Assembly (NCBI GenBank): GCA_963549225.1
Contig: CAUUWX010000002.1
Coordinates: 115,319 to 179,318 of the forward strand
Origin: an uncultured Candidatus Saccharibacteria bacterium
GTDB lineage: Bacteria; Patescibacteriota; Saccharimonadia; Saccharimonadales; Saccharimonadaceae
Length of the DNA: 64,000 bases
Reading direction: 5' to 3'
Shown here: positions 20,849 through 31,196 of the stretch, piece after piece
Position numbering within the stretch: the stretch's first letter is position 1
Layout of the letters: each line of letters starts with the position of its first letter
Program-made: the position numbers and the translations under genes
Notes under the pieces: generated by a model
What the model saw: only the letters and a program-made list of their open reading frames with translations
Databases searched by the model: none
What the model was told of the DNA's origin: nothing

Positions 20849-21999
20849 TGCATCCTCGCCTTCTCGCGCCGCACCGCCTCAATGATTAACTCTGCCGCCT
20901 GACACACATTAGTCTCATCGTTCAATCGCCCGAAGGTGAGCCGCAGACTACCATCAATCGCCGCGTTACTCAGCCCAATCGCCGCCAAAACGTGTGAGCG
21001 CGTCCCCGAATTAGCCGCACAAGCACTACCCGTCGCCACCAGCACGCCACGCGCTTCCAGTAAAAACACTAATCGCTCGGCGTCAACACCAGGAAATGAA
21101 ATATTGAGAAAATTAACTAGCGATTTTTTCTGATCAGAAGAAATAATCATGTCAGGGAAAGCCGCTAATAGTTTTTTTGCCAACACATCACGCAGACCTC
21201 GCAGCCGTTTTACTTCACCGCTGCGACGCTTGGCAGCTAACTCCAGCGCCGTAGCAAAGCCGACCACACCAGCCACATTTTCCGTGCCGCTGCGCAGTCC
21301 CGCCTCCTGCCCGCCGCCAACAATGTTCGGCTGCAGATTGACGCCCGGCCGCACCCATAGCAAACCAACCTGCTTCGGTCCATAAACCTTTGCCGCTGAT
21401 AGCGTCAACAAATCAACGCCCAGCCGCTTAATTTTCACATCCATCAGCGCTGCGGTCTGCGAGGCGTCGGTATGAAATATAAGCGGCGTTGATTCACCAT
21501 TTTCTTGGCGCCTGAGTCGCTCTGCCCTAACAACTTCGGCAATTTCTTCAATGGGCTGAACATATCCGAGTTCATGATTCGCCAGCGCGATGCTTATAAA
21601 ACTAACGTCTGGCGTCAGTAGTTTTTTAACGGCCTGCGGATCGATGCGTCCGTTTTTCATCGGTGGGATAAGCCGAACGTCCGAACGCGCTTTTGCAGAA
21701 TTGATAACCGAGCTATGCTCAATCGCCGAGATCAAACTCACGCCATCCGCCGCGGTAAACGCCAAATTGATTGACTCCGTGGCGCCAGCCGTCATCACCA
21801 GTTCATCCGCACCCACGCCCAGCACCCGCGCGATACGCGACTTTGCCTCGCGGTAGTCACGCTTGACGGTGACCGCCGGTGCATATGGACTGGACGGATT
21901 AAAAAACTTCTCCGAAAAATACGGCTGCATTACCTCAACCACCAACGGATCCATCGGCGTAGCAGCAGCGTGATCAAGATATATAAATTTGTCTTTCAC
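20845..21999 (-). CDS. iscS: Cysteine desulfurase (IscS/NifS group I)
   Basis: YLDHAAATP, HTDASQ, SAAKVYGPK (PLP Lys), RSGTENV, ATGSAC. Confidence 0.92.
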   Translation of the reverse strand: MKDKFIYLDHAAATPMDPLVVEVMQPYFSEKFFNPSSPYAPAVTVKRDYREAKSRIARVLGVGADELVMTAGATESINLAFTAADGVSLISAIEHSSVINSAKARSDVRLIPPMKNGRIDPQAVKKLLTPDVSFISIALANHELGYVQPIEEIAEVVRAERLRRQENGESTPLIFHTDASQTAALMDVKIKRLGVDLLTLSAAKVYGPKQVGLLWVRPGVNLQPNIVGGGQEAGLRSGTENVAGVVGFATALELAAKRRSGEVKRLRGLRDVLAKKLLAAFPDMIISSDQKKSLVNFLNISFPGVDAERLVFLLEARGVLVATGSACAANSGTRSHVLAAIGLSNAAIDGSLRLTFGRLNDETNVCQAAELIIEAVRREKARMQ

Positions 22000-22011
22000 C
22001 TCTTTATTATA

Positions 22012-22449
22012 TCAGAGACGATAACCAGTCTGCGGATCGCGCTTATATAGATCCCGGGAAACTCGTTCGTAATATTCTTTAACTGCCAGTACAAAATTCT
22101 GCAATTCATCGCCTTCCAAATAGCTATACCGATAATTCGGCTGAACTTTCAAAATACCCTTTGGCTGCACTTCGTAGCGTGTCGTCAACTCCTGTTTCTT
22201 GCCATCTTTATCAACAATTTCTTCGTACCAAATCCACGTGTCTTTATCTAAATTAAAAAATTCCCGCCGCGTCACATGCTCTGGCTTTTCGCCAAAAATA
22301 GTCGCGCCAATCTCGCTTTCTAATTGAATCAATTCGCGCTCAGTAAATTTTTTCAGCGGCCGGTTTTTCTTTTTTAGAACAGAAGCCAGCCCGGCATCGC
22401 CATCGTCGGTAAATACTAACTTCAAAGCTTTTTTAATAAGATTCGGCAC
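22012..22449 (-). CDS. Hypothetical protein
   Basis: 145-aa ORF with globular-looking composition (ERELIQLESEIG, REFFNLD, WIWYEE). Start uncertain. Confidence 0.75.
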   Translation of the reverse strand: MPNLIKKALKLVFTDDGDAGLASVLKKKNRPLKKFTERELIQLESEIGATIFGEKPEHVTRREFFNLDKDTWIWYEEIVDKDGKKQELTTRYEVQPKGILKVQPNYRYSYLEGDELQNFVLAVKEYYERVSRDLYKRDPQTGYRL

Positions 22450-22813
22450 TTGTTAGCCCCTCTGCTTTCTCTGTACGAAATGCGTCAAGATTAGTACCTA
22501 TAGACAAAACTTGCTGTATGTCTTTCTTTTCATGATTATTTACAGCCTCCAGAGTCTTTCTATAGTCAATATAATTTACCTCGTCGCCAGGTGTTATATT
22601 TCTATCAGGATTAAATAATGTCGATTTTACCGCTACGCCGCCGTCAATACTATTATTGATTTTACCAAATGAAGCACTGTTGGCATCAGGTTTATTATTT
22701 TTAACTTTATCAAAAGATCCTTGCCTTTCCGGAACAATCACGTTCTGAGACATCTCGCCCCGCCTAGACGGACTAATACCTAAAATACCTGACCTAGTGC
22801 TTCCCTTGTTCAT
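22433..22813 (-). CDS. Hypothetical AT-rich protein
   Basis: ORF from ATG 22813 with GGAG upstream. Fills the gap between tatD and the next gene. Confidence 0.55.
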   Translation of the reverse strand: MNKGSTRSGILGISPSRRGEMSQNVIVPERQGSFDKVKNNKPDANSASFGKINNSIDGGVAVKSTLFNPDRNITPGDEVNYIDYRKTLEAVNNHEKKDIQQVLSIGTNLDAFRTEKAEGLTSAESY

Positions 22814-22826
22814 ATTTTCTCTCCAC

Positions 22827-23645
22827 TTATATGCCAAAAAGGTTCTTAGTATTGCGAACCGTAGCTTCAGACAAATCGTCAAAAGGTATGTTTCGATTAT
22901 CCGCCCAATATTTCGCTACCAGCTCTACATATCTTGGCATATTCATCTTACCACGAAATGGCTTCGGTGTCAAGAATGGCGCGTCGGTCTCTAATAATAA
23001 TCGTTCCAACGGAATAGAAGCGAACAATTCTTGCTGCGCTTGGTCTTTAGTAAAAGTGCTAATTCCATTCAAACCAACGTACAATCCGCGAGCAAACCCC
23101 TTGTCTAAATTGAGGCGCGTATCAGTAAAGCTATGCAGAACGCCGCGAAGGCCATGAAAATTATCAAAAATTGGCCAAAAATCATCCCACACTGATACTT
23201 GGCCAGTTGCACCATCACGAATGTGAAAGCTAACTGGCAAATCATAGTCCACCGCCAACTGCAGCTGCGCCTCCAGTGCCTGAATCTGCACATCGCGCGG
23301 GCTGTGATTGTAATAATAATCAAGCCCAATCTCGCCAATCGCCACAATTGGTGAATCCTCTGTCCTGGCTTTCAGTAGTCGCTCCACCTCGCCCCAGCCA
23401 TCTTTGCTGTCGTGCGGATGAACGCCAACTGCCACCCAAGTATAGTCGCGATTCGCGGCAAACTCCACTGCTTGTCGGCTGCTGCGCTCGTCAGTGCCAA
23501 CGCAAATCATGCCGATACCCGCCGCGATTGTTTGCTGATACAGCTCCTCGCGATTGTCCGCGAAAAACTCGGTATCATGCAGATGACAGTGCGAATCAAT
23601 CAAACGTAAGTCTGCCGCCATACTATTCTCCGCCGCCAGACTCAT
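22827..23645 (-). CDS. tatD: TatD family hydrolase
   Basis: IDSHCHL, GVHPH, IGEIGLDY, HSF, LETDAPFL. Confidence 0.94.
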   Translation of the reverse strand: MSLAAENSMAADLRLIDSHCHLHDTEFFADNREELYQQTIAAGIGMICVGTDERSSRQAVEFAANRDYTWVAVGVHPHDSKDGWGEVERLLKARTEDSPIVAIGEIGLDYYYNHSPRDVQIQALEAQLQLAVDYDLPVSFHIRDGATGQVSVWDDFWPIFDNFHGLRGVLHSFTDTRLNLDKGFARGLYVGLNGISTFTKDQAQQELFASIPLERLLLETDAPFLTPKPFRGKMNMPRYVELVAKYWADNRNIPFDDLSEATVRNTKNLFGI

Positions 23646-23647
23646 TA

Positions 23648-25159
23648 TTATTTACCCTGGTTTTCTACTTTTGGGGTGCGCGGATCGGGCGTATGTAGAT
23701 ATTTGCGCGGGAATAATGGTGTCAGCTCTGACGGCACGACACCACTGGCAAACATGTCGTGAATTTTCTCGGCAGTTTGCGGCATAAATGGACGAAGCAT
23801 ATCAGAGACTTGAAGCAATGTGCCGCAGGAATGCGCCAAAATCTCGCCCAAATGCGCTTCCGCCTCTGGGTCTTTATCGCGTTTTTTAGCAACTTGCCAT
23901 GGTTGCACACGCTCAATATATTGATTCAATGAACGGATAATCTGCCAAATTTCATCAATTGCCAGGTTAAAATTCAAAGACTCCATATCGGCACGGTACG
24001 GCCCCATATCGTGCTCAGATTGCGGCGCATCGCCAATAACGCCGGCTTGATAACTCTGCACCATCTTTGCCACCCGCTGTACCAAATTACCCAGGTCATT
24101 ACCCAGCTCGCCGTTATAAGCCGCTTCAAACTTCTCCCAAGTAAAGTCACCATCATCCTGAGTTGGCACGTGGCGCAGGAAATAATAGCGGAAAGCCTCA
24201 ACACCATAGTGCGGGATGATATCAACCGGACCAACACCATTACCGAGACTCTTGCTCATTTTGGTACCACCAACATTGATAAAGCCATGGACCAATAGCA
24301 CTTTTGGTAGCGGCAAGTCCAGCGCCATCAGCATCGCCGGCCAAATCCCGGCGTGAAAACGAAGAATATCTTTACCGATCACCTGCACATCCGCCGGCCA
24401 AAACGCCTGCCATTCCTCAGCTCGATCAGGATAACCAATAACCGTAATATAATTGCTCAGCGCATCCAGCCAGACATACATCACCTGCGTGTCATCGCCT
24501 GGTACTGGCACACCCCAGCTGAGGTTCTTGCGCGGACGCGAAACCGACACGTCTTTCAGGCCGTCCTTCATCAATTCCAAAAACTCTTTTTTACGAAATT
24601 CAGGCACAATTTTCATCTTGTTTGATTCAATCGCCTGGCGAATATGATCTGAAAAGGCGCTAGTTTTGAAATAATAATTTTCTTCGCTCAGTCGTTGGTA
24701 CGGCGACTGATGATCAGGACAAATGCCATTATTTTCAGCCGCTTCTTTGTCGGTGACGAACGCCTCGCAACCTTGGCAATACCAACCCTCGTACGTACCT
24801 TTGTAGATATAGCCAGCCGCAGCCAGCTTCTGCCAAATATACTGCACCGCGCTAACATGATGCGGGTCAGTTGTGCGGATAAAATCCGTCGCCGAAATAT
24901 TCAACTCGGCAATCATATTTTGAAAATTGCCATGCATTTGATCGACGTAAGCTTGCGGCGTCTGATTTTGGCTGGCAGCCTTGGCAGCAATTTTATTGCC
25001 ATGTTCATCCACGCCCGTTTGGAAACGCACCTCGCGGCCGTTTTGCCGCTGATACCGCGCCCACACATCCGCCAGCATATAGTCCATGGCGTGCCCAATG
25101 TGCGGCAAACCGTTGACATAAGGAATAGCAGTAGTGATGTAGGCGTGTTGTTTAGTCAT
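23648..25159 (-). CDS. metG: Methionine--tRNA ligase (short, monomeric type)
   Basis: ITTAIPYVNG, HIGH, YVWLDAL, GKDILRFH, KMSKS. Confidence 0.97.
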   Translation of the reverse strand: MTKQHAYITTAIPYVNGLPHIGHAMDYMLADVWARYQRQNGREVRFQTGVDEHGNKIAAKAASQNQTPQAYVDQMHGNFQNMIAELNISATDFIRTTDPHHVSAVQYIWQKLAAAGYIYKGTYEGWYCQGCEAFVTDKEAAENNGICPDHQSPYQRLSEENYYFKTSAFSDHIRQAIESNKMKIVPEFRKKEFLELMKDGLKDVSVSRPRKNLSWGVPVPGDDTQVMYVWLDALSNYITVIGYPDRAEEWQAFWPADVQVIGKDILRFHAGIWPAMLMALDLPLPKVLLVHGFINVGGTKMSKSLGNGVGPVDIIPHYGVEAFRYYFLRHVPTQDDGDFTWEKFEAAYNGELGNDLGNLVQRVAKMVQSYQAGVIGDAPQSEHDMGPYRADMESLNFNLAIDEIWQIIRSLNQYIERVQPWQVAKKRDKDPEAEAHLGEILAHSCGTLLQVSDMLRPFMPQTAEKIHDMFASGVVPSELTPLFPRKYLHTPDPRTPKVENQGK

Positions 25160-25239
25160 GATATATATTATATCACCTCTTTAGTAAAAGAAAGAGCGAG
25201 ATAAATAAAATCAAAAATCGGTCTGTTTTGCCGATAAAA

Positions 25240-26733
25240 CTATCTATACTTAATCGCGGCGCAACCAATTATTACAAGCACAGTAGCTACAGAGAAAATA
25301 GCTGCAATGTTAGCGCCAGTATCAGCCAGCTTGGATTTTAATTGCGAATTTCTATTTGAGCCGCTGCTCGCTGCGATATAATCGGGGTTCTTATTCCATT
25401 TCGCATAAAGCGTCAAATCGTGATCTGGCATGGTGTCGTTTGTAAAGTTCCAGCTTGTTGCAAACGTAGTGTCCGTATACCAGCCGGCAAAAGTGTAGCC
25501 AGAGCGGGTCGGGGCGACCGGCGGTCTGAAAGGATACGTATAGCCTACCATCTTATTTGGAACGGCAGAACCAGATTGCGAATCAAATGTTACTTTATGT
25601 TTTGTACACAGCCTACCATCGCTAGTGATTGTCCAGCCATGTCCGCCGTCAGCGACAGGCTTTATGATGTTAGCCCGCGCCGAAGCGGCTGCACAAAATT
25701 TCAAACTGGCCGCTCCAAGCGACATTGGCGATTTTAGATTTTGCGCATTCCAAGCAATTAGCATAGCATCGTAATTCTGGCGCGAAATCGCTGTATGATC
25801 AAGCGCGGCCGCCGCACCAGACAACGGTTTTCCCGGCAAAATAACCAACGAATCCAATCGCCAAGCAGCTAGCGATTGATTGAATGAAGTCGCATCACTT
25901 AAAAAACGAACAAGAAACTGCACTTTCTTCATATCCCACGCGCCAATCGGCTGGTTGAACGACGCCGCCTTTCGGAACATATCATTTGCAATCACGAGGT
26001 TCGATGTATTCCAATTCGCGATAGAATCGCTGCCTCCGTTATTAAAGGCGCTAGCGCCGCTAAACATGGCAGCAGTATCGGTCACCTTTGAAACATCCCA
26101 AGAACCGATATTTTGATTAAATCGGTTTGCGTTTTGAAATACACCCGACATTTTAGTAATAGTTGATGTATTCCAATTCCAGTTAGCAGACTCGCCTTTC
26201 AGCGATTTATTTCCGATAAACATCCACGATAAATCGGTAGTTTGGCTTAAATCTGGTGTATCAGTTGCCTTGACGTCCATATTCTCCGCGCCGGCAAAAG
26301 CAGAACGCATATTTTTCCACTTGTTCGTGCCCCATTGATCAATCGAAAGCAGTTTTAACCTATCACCCCTACCATTTACGATAAACCAAGGGAAAGCGCC
26401 GCCAATGCGTATAGTGTAGACCCCCGGCGTAGCGTAATTACAAGTATAAGAGGCAGTCTGCCCAGATACCTCAGTTACACCGTCATTATTGCAGTCAACA
26501 GTATAATTGTACCCTGAACCGCTTGTCGGAATAACAAACTGAGTGTTTGGCGACCCCGGCTTTCTGGTATCAACAGTAAATACGAAGTCCGTGTTGTTGA
26601 TAACGTCAGCTGCGGCTTTTGGCGAATAGAGTGTTGATGCAACAAGCACCGACAAGACACCAGACACTAAAATCAGCGACCTTAATGGCAGCTTAAATTT
26701 CTGTATTTTCGTTACTCTAAAATGTTTATTCAT
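25240..26733 (-). CDS. Surface protein: signal peptide, DUF285/BspA-like repeats, InlB B-repeat, LADTG sorting signal
   Basis: WNTS/WDVS...MF...FNQ repeats, GYTFAGWY...LTLYAKW, then KLADTG + TM + basic tail. Confidence 0.85.
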   Translation of the reverse strand: MNKHFRVTKIQKFKLPLRSLILVSGVLSVLVASTLYSPKAAADVINNTDFVFTVDTRKPGSPNTQFVIPTSGSGYNYTVDCNNDGVTEVSGQTASYTCNYATPGVYTIRIGGAFPWFIVNGRGDRLKLLSIDQWGTNKWKNMRSAFAGAENMDVKATDTPDLSQTTDLSWMFIGNKSLKGESANWNWNTSTITKMSGVFQNANRFNQNIGSWDVSKVTDTAAMFSGASAFNNGGSDSIANWNTSNLVIANDMFRKAASFNQPIGAWDMKKVQFLVRFLSDATSFNQSLAAWRLDSLVILPGKPLSGAAAALDHTAISRQNYDAMLIAWNAQNLKSPMSLGAASLKFCAAASARANIIKPVADGGHGWTITSDGRLCTKHKVTFDSQSGSAVPNKMVGYTYPFRPPVAPTRSGYTFAGWYTDTTFATSWNFTNDTMPDHDLTLYAKWNKNPDYIAASSGSNRNSQLKSKLADTGANIAAIFSVATVLVIIGCAAIKYR

Positions 26734-26925
26734 GATGATTATTATTATTGTACTTATGCTTTAGCTTTTTGACAATAGATTTTACGGATCGTTCAGCAAA
26801 CAACAGATCGCGCATCAAGACGAAAGTTGCAAAAAGGTCAATAGAACATCAATAAACTAATTACCAAATCAGCATATCTCTAACTAAACATAAATGCCAC
26901 CTACCCTCATGTTATAGCCAACAAA

Positions 26926-28437
26926 TTAAATTCGTTTTATTAATTTAATTAGAATAAATCCAGTCACTATAAATCCAGCAGTCGCAAAAAGAAGCATTGA
27001 CACATCCGAGCCAGTCTCAGCCAGCTTGGTCGATGAGTTTGAATTGTTTTCCGAAGCACCACTGCTTGTTGCAACAGACTTAGGATTCTCGATCCACTTT
27101 GCATATAAAGTCAAATTACTGTCTGGCATGGTGTCAACAGCAAATCTCCAGGCCCTAATAAAAGTGTTATCCGTATACCACCCAGCAAAAGTATAACCCT
27201 GCCGATTTGGCACAGCTGGCGCGGTAATTTTATCAGTAAAAGCAACTTCTTGGTTGGCAATTGCCATTCCGCCCTGGGTATCAAAAACTACCGTATGCTT
27301 CGGACACTCCTTTGCATCGCCATTGATAGTCCAGCCATGCCCGCCATTAGCAGTTGCTTTGATTAGGTTTGCCCTAGACGTATCAGCAGCACAATACTTT
27401 AACCCAGCGACTCCTAGTATAAGCGGAGAATTAGTCGACCGAGCATTCCACGAAATTAAAGTATCATCATAATTTTTCATAGATAAACCACTATTATCCA
27501 ACATCCTAGGGGCGCCAGACCAAGGACTATTTAGTAAACCAGTTGTCGAAACGAGCGAATCTAGCCGCCAATTTGCCAAAGATTGATTAAAAGCGCGAGC
27601 GCCGTTAAACATTTCACTCATCAACTCGGCTTTTGAAACATCCCACGACCCTATCGGCTGATTAAACTTAACTGCATTCTGGAACATTGCATTCATTGCA
27701 GCCATTTTGCCAGTGTTCCAGTTTTTAATTGAATCGCTGCCGCCATTATTAAATGCTGTCGCGTTATTAAATAAACCGCCAGCAAAAACAACGTTAGAGA
27801 CATCCCACGATCCGATGTTTTGATTGAAATTTTCAGTATCGCTAAACGCACTACCCATATTAGTAATGGTCGAGGTGTTCCAATTCCAGTTAGCATTCTC
27901 ACCCTTGAGAGAAGTATTGCCTCTAAAGACAGAGTATCTCGAGTCAGTCTGCGACAAATCGGGAGTGTCAATCGCCTTTACATCCATATTTGCAGCACCG
28001 TAAAACGAAGCCACCAACGATCTCCATTTATTCTTCCCCCACTGATCAATAGAAATCATCTTCAGTTTATCGCCGCCGTTATTGAGATAAAACTCTGGAA
28101 ACACACCTCCGATACGAATCGTATACACACCAGGTGTAGCGTAACTACAAGTATAAGATCCGGTCTGAGCGATTGCTTCGACCGTGCCATCATTATTACA
28201 ATCGATAGTATAATTATATCCGCCTCCTCTTATCGGAATGACGAACTGGGTATCTGGCGACCCAGATTTGCGCGTGTCCACGGTAAACACAAAATCTGTG
28301 TCATTGATGGCGTCGGCGGCAGCTTTTGGCGGGTAAAACATCGGACCAGAAAACGCTGCTAGCACACCTATTGTCACGGCTAATGTCTTGATGGCCAATC
28401 CAAATTTTAGCCTTTTTGTTTTCCAGCATCTATTCAT
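26926..28437 (-). CDS. Surface protein, tandem paralog of 25240-26733, with LAETG sorting signal
   Basis: Same architecture and shared blocks (TDFVFTVDTRK, YATPGVYTIRIGG, SIDQWG, FNNGGSDSI). KLAETG + TM + KRI. Confidence 0.85.
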   Translation of the reverse strand: MNRCWKTKRLKFGLAIKTLAVTIGVLAAFSGPMFYPPKAAADAINDTDFVFTVDTRKSGSPDTQFVIPIRGGGYNYTIDCNNDGTVEAIAQTGSYTCSYATPGVYTIRIGGVFPEFYLNNGGDKLKMISIDQWGKNKWRSLVASFYGAANMDVKAIDTPDLSQTDSRYSVFRGNTSLKGENANWNWNTSTITNMGSAFSDTENFNQNIGSWDVSNVVFAGGLFNNATAFNNGGSDSIKNWNTGKMAAMNAMFQNAVKFNQPIGSWDVSKAELMSEMFNGARAFNQSLANWRLDSLVSTTGLLNSPWSGAPRMLDNSGLSMKNYDDTLISWNARSTNSPLILGVAGLKYCAADTSRANLIKATANGGHGWTINGDAKECPKHTVVFDTQGGMAIANQEVAFTDKITAPAVPNRQGYTFAGWYTDNTFIRAWRFAVDTMPDSNLTLYAKWIENPKSVATSSGASENNSNSSTKLAETGSDVSMLLFATAGFIVTGFILIKLIKRI

Positions 28438-28526
28438 TTGGTACCATTATACTTATACTTTATTTTTTTAGCAATATACTAATGCTAATCAAGATAACAC
28501 ACAACATTGCCATGACGCCTTGGAGC

Positions 28527-29306
28527 TTATTTAGTAGATTTTATCTCTGCTAGCACTGCGAATCTTCCCCCTGCATCACCAGCTGAATGTGAGAAATAGT
28601 TCGGATCATCTGCGGTATCAATTGGCGAGATGAAAATGTTATCACCAGGAATGCCCGCCCGGATAGCCAACGAACGATTAAATCCTTGCATATCCAGATA
28701 AATTCCGTCAGCCGTTTGACGGCAGAAATTGTGCCAATTTATGTCACTCGCATGATCAAAATAATCCATACGATAATTTTTCTGGGTGATGCTTGGCGAC
28801 ATCCAAATTTGTAAATCTTTTGCCTGGCTGCCCCGCTCGACAAAATACTGGACTGCCCTTGTCATCAACTGCGCAACCGTCGAATGCCGACCTAAATGCG
28901 CCAGCATCAGTGCCCGACGCTTTGGATCATAAATGACTGTAGCGATACAATCTGCCACTGGCAAAAACAAGCCCACGCCAGCCGCTTCAGTATATAGCGC
29001 GTCAGCAAAAATCCCTTCGTTGTTATATTTAACCGTGTCAGCTTCAGTGACTTCGATGGTAGCATCAAACGTTTGTGCTTGATCATATGAAATTACTTGA
29101 TAGACGACGTCATCATAGGTAACGCCAATTTGATCGCAAAACCGCCGCCGATTATTCACTATCTCAGCTACGTGGCGACCGCGAATACGATTGAGCATAG
29201 TGCCGTCGTCTTTCGACGAAACCGCAATGAGCAGATCAGACGGAAAGCAGACGGGCTGATCTGCCGCAATCATCGCGCCCGCCATTCTTTGAGCAGCCGC
29301 TGCCAA
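28527..29306 (-). CDS. YfiH/PgeF (laccase-domain, purine nucleoside phosphorylase-like) protein, divergent
   Basis: ADALYT, PVADC, AHLGR, WMSPSI, YFSHS...GRF. True start may be ATG 29273. Confidence 0.8.
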   Translation of the reverse strand: MAAAAQRMAGAMIAADQPVCFPSDLLIAVSSKDDGTMLNRIRGRHVAEIVNNRRRFCDQIGVTYDDVVYQVISYDQAQTFDATIEVTEADTVKYNNEGIFADALYTEAAGVGLFLPVADCIATVIYDPKRRALMLAHLGRHSTVAQLMTRAVQYFVERGSQAKDLQIWMSPSITQKNYRMDYFDHASDINWHNFCRQTADGIYLDMQGFNRSLAIRAGIPGDNIFISPIDTADDPNYFSHSAGDAGGRFAVLAEIKSTK

Positions 29307-30058
29307 TCGTCAATCGCCAAATCCTCAGCACGGACATCAGGCGAAATGTTAGCCTTTTTCAGCAACTGTTCGGCGCTAGCTTTACTGACGCCCAGTCCGC
29401 CGCTCAAGCTGGAACGCAGTTTTTTACGCTTGGCCGAAAAACCGGCTTTGACAACACGGAAAAAATCTTTTTGGTCTTCAGGATTGACCAGCGGCTCGGT
29501 GCGAGTTCTCAATACCACCACTTGCGAATCAACTTTTGGCGGCGGCGTGAAAAACTGCCGTGGCACTTCAATGTCTAGTTCTACCTGGGCAAATAGCTGC
29601 GCGCTAACCGCTAAAATACTCATTTCGCCAGGCTCGGCCGCGATACGCCGGGCGACTTCTTTTTGCACCAGCAGCACCGCTAAGCTCGGCTTATTCTCCG
29701 CCGTCATCAACTTCTCGACAATTTTACTGGTGATATAGTACGGCACATTGGCGACTACTTTATAACCAGCTGGTAGTTGGTTCAAATCAAACTGCAAAAT
29801 ATCTTCGTTGATCACGTCCAGGTTTTTGCCGGGAAATTGTCCTGGCAACTTGCGCGCCAAATCCCCGTCAAATTCTACCGCCACCACGCGCCCGGCTCGC
29901 GCTAATAACCGGCTGGTCAACGTACCAAGTCCTGGTCCAATTTCCAACACCACATCACCCTTGCCAAGTTCCGCTGCCTCGGCAATCTCCGCCAAGATTT
30001 CTGGATCTCGCAGCCAGTGCTGGCCTAACTCTTTTTTCGGCCCATACGCTGACGCCAT
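29270..30058 (-). CDS. rsmA: 16S rRNA dimethyladenosine transferase
   Basis: KKELGQHWL, VLEIGPGLG, ANVPYYI, FTPPPKVDS. Confidence 0.96.
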   Translation of the reverse strand: MASAYGPKKELGQHWLRDPEILAEIAEAAELGKGDVVLEIGPGLGTLTSRLLARAGRVVAVEFDGDLARKLPGQFPGKNLDVINEDILQFDLNQLPAGYKVVANVPYYITSKIVEKLMTAENKPSLAVLLVQKEVARRIAAEPGEMSILAVSAQLFAQVELDIEVPRQFFTPPPKVDSQVVVLRTRTEPLVNPEDQKDFFRVVKAGFSAKRKKLRSSLSGGLGVSKASAEQLLKKANISPDVRAEDLAIDDWQRLLKEWRAR

Positions 30059-31099
30059 CTAACGCCCGTCCCCGTTCGTCCAATCAGTCGCCAGGTCAAA
30101 CCCATGCGGATGCCGAGCAGCAAACCCGCCAGTATCATACACCTTGCCAGGACCCATACTGGTTTCCACCACTGAGCAACGCGGATAATTACCATAATTT
30201 GCTGCTACTAAAATATAGCCGTCCTTATCCACCTTGGCACCGTCTGCTCGCACCGTGTAGCCACCGCCGCCGCAGGCGTTAGCAACAATATTCATCGGTA
30301 AATCATAATAGGTTTCGCGGTGCGCCACGCCTTTGGAATCAGTAAATATCTGCGCGCCCTTGCCTTTAGTCAATGGATTTTTCGGCTTAGTGCCGACTAC
30401 TTCGATCTGCTTTTTAGGCTGCTTAATAATTTCATGAGAAACCTCTCTGCGGCTAACTTCAATCCCATTATTAGCCTCAACTTTATACGTCACTTTTTTA
30501 ATTCCTTTTTCTCCCAGCTGTTTAATTTGCTTAAAGCCGATCGGCTGTGTATCGTCTTTCGTTTGCTCAACCGGAAAAGCAATCTCCACGTCCTCGGTTA
30601 TCGTCCGCCGCTTGGCTCGTTCAATTTTCATCGCTAGGCTGGCGCCGCTAACCAGCAAATTTTCTGGATTAGAAAAATCAATTTTATCCTCACGATACAG
30701 TATAATACCCGCTTTTTTAGCAATTCTGATTGGCGACTGTTCGGCGGTAATTACTTGACGGCTTTTCGTGCCGTCGATAACCGTCACCATCCGAGCACGA
30801 TGAATATTTACCTGAAATTTCGTGCCAGTTAGTTCCATATCAATATTTGGCTCAATCACATCTCGTTTTTCATCAACTGTAATGCCCGCCGCCTGTAAAG
30901 CCTGGCGAACTGTCAGTGCATTCGTAACAATCGTTTTTTCCGAATCTCTATCGTGAATACTCACTAGACGCGTAGAAGCCCTGGCTTTCTCTGCACTTTC
31001 AGCTTTTACTATACGATTAAATAAAAATCCGCCAGATATAATAACTCCGATTACTACAATCGCGCCAAAAAAATAATTACAACGTCTTTTTATTGCCAT
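30059..31099 (-). CDS. DUF348 + G5 domain secreted protein with C-terminal putative cell-wall domain (YabE/RpfB-like)
   Basis: N-terminal TM, TVRQAL...AGI (DUF348), G5 (Q.GEKG...VVGTK), C-terminal ETYYDL...VYDTGG. Directly upstream of rsmA, as for yabE/rpfB. Confidence 0.8.
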   Translation of the reverse strand: MAIKRRCNYFFGAIVVIGVIISGGFLFNRIVKAESAEKARASTRLVSIHDRDSEKTIVTNALTVRQALQAAGITVDEKRDVIEPNIDMELTGTKFQVNIHRARMVTVIDGTKSRQVITAEQSPIRIAKKAGIILYREDKIDFSNPENLLVSGASLAMKIERAKRRTITEDVEIAFPVEQTKDDTQPIGFKQIKQLGEKGIKKVTYKVEANNGIEVSRREVSHEIIKQPKKQIEVVGTKPKNPLTKGKGAQIFTDSKGVAHRETYYDLPMNIVANACGGGGYTVRADGAKVDKDGYILVAANYGNYPRCSVVETSMGPGKVYDTGGFAARHPHGFDLATDWTNGDGR

Positions 31100-31196
31100 A
31101 TTATCGACAACTCCACGACCTATATTATAGATTAACCACGCTTAAAAATCCAGCAGCCCATAGAATAGAGTCCATTAATAATACACTAGAAACCTG

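Noticed and set aside
25240..28437. Diversity-generating retroelement template/variable repeat pair
   Set aside because: Differences are not adenine-specific, both copies are full genes, and there is no reverse transcriptase in the window.
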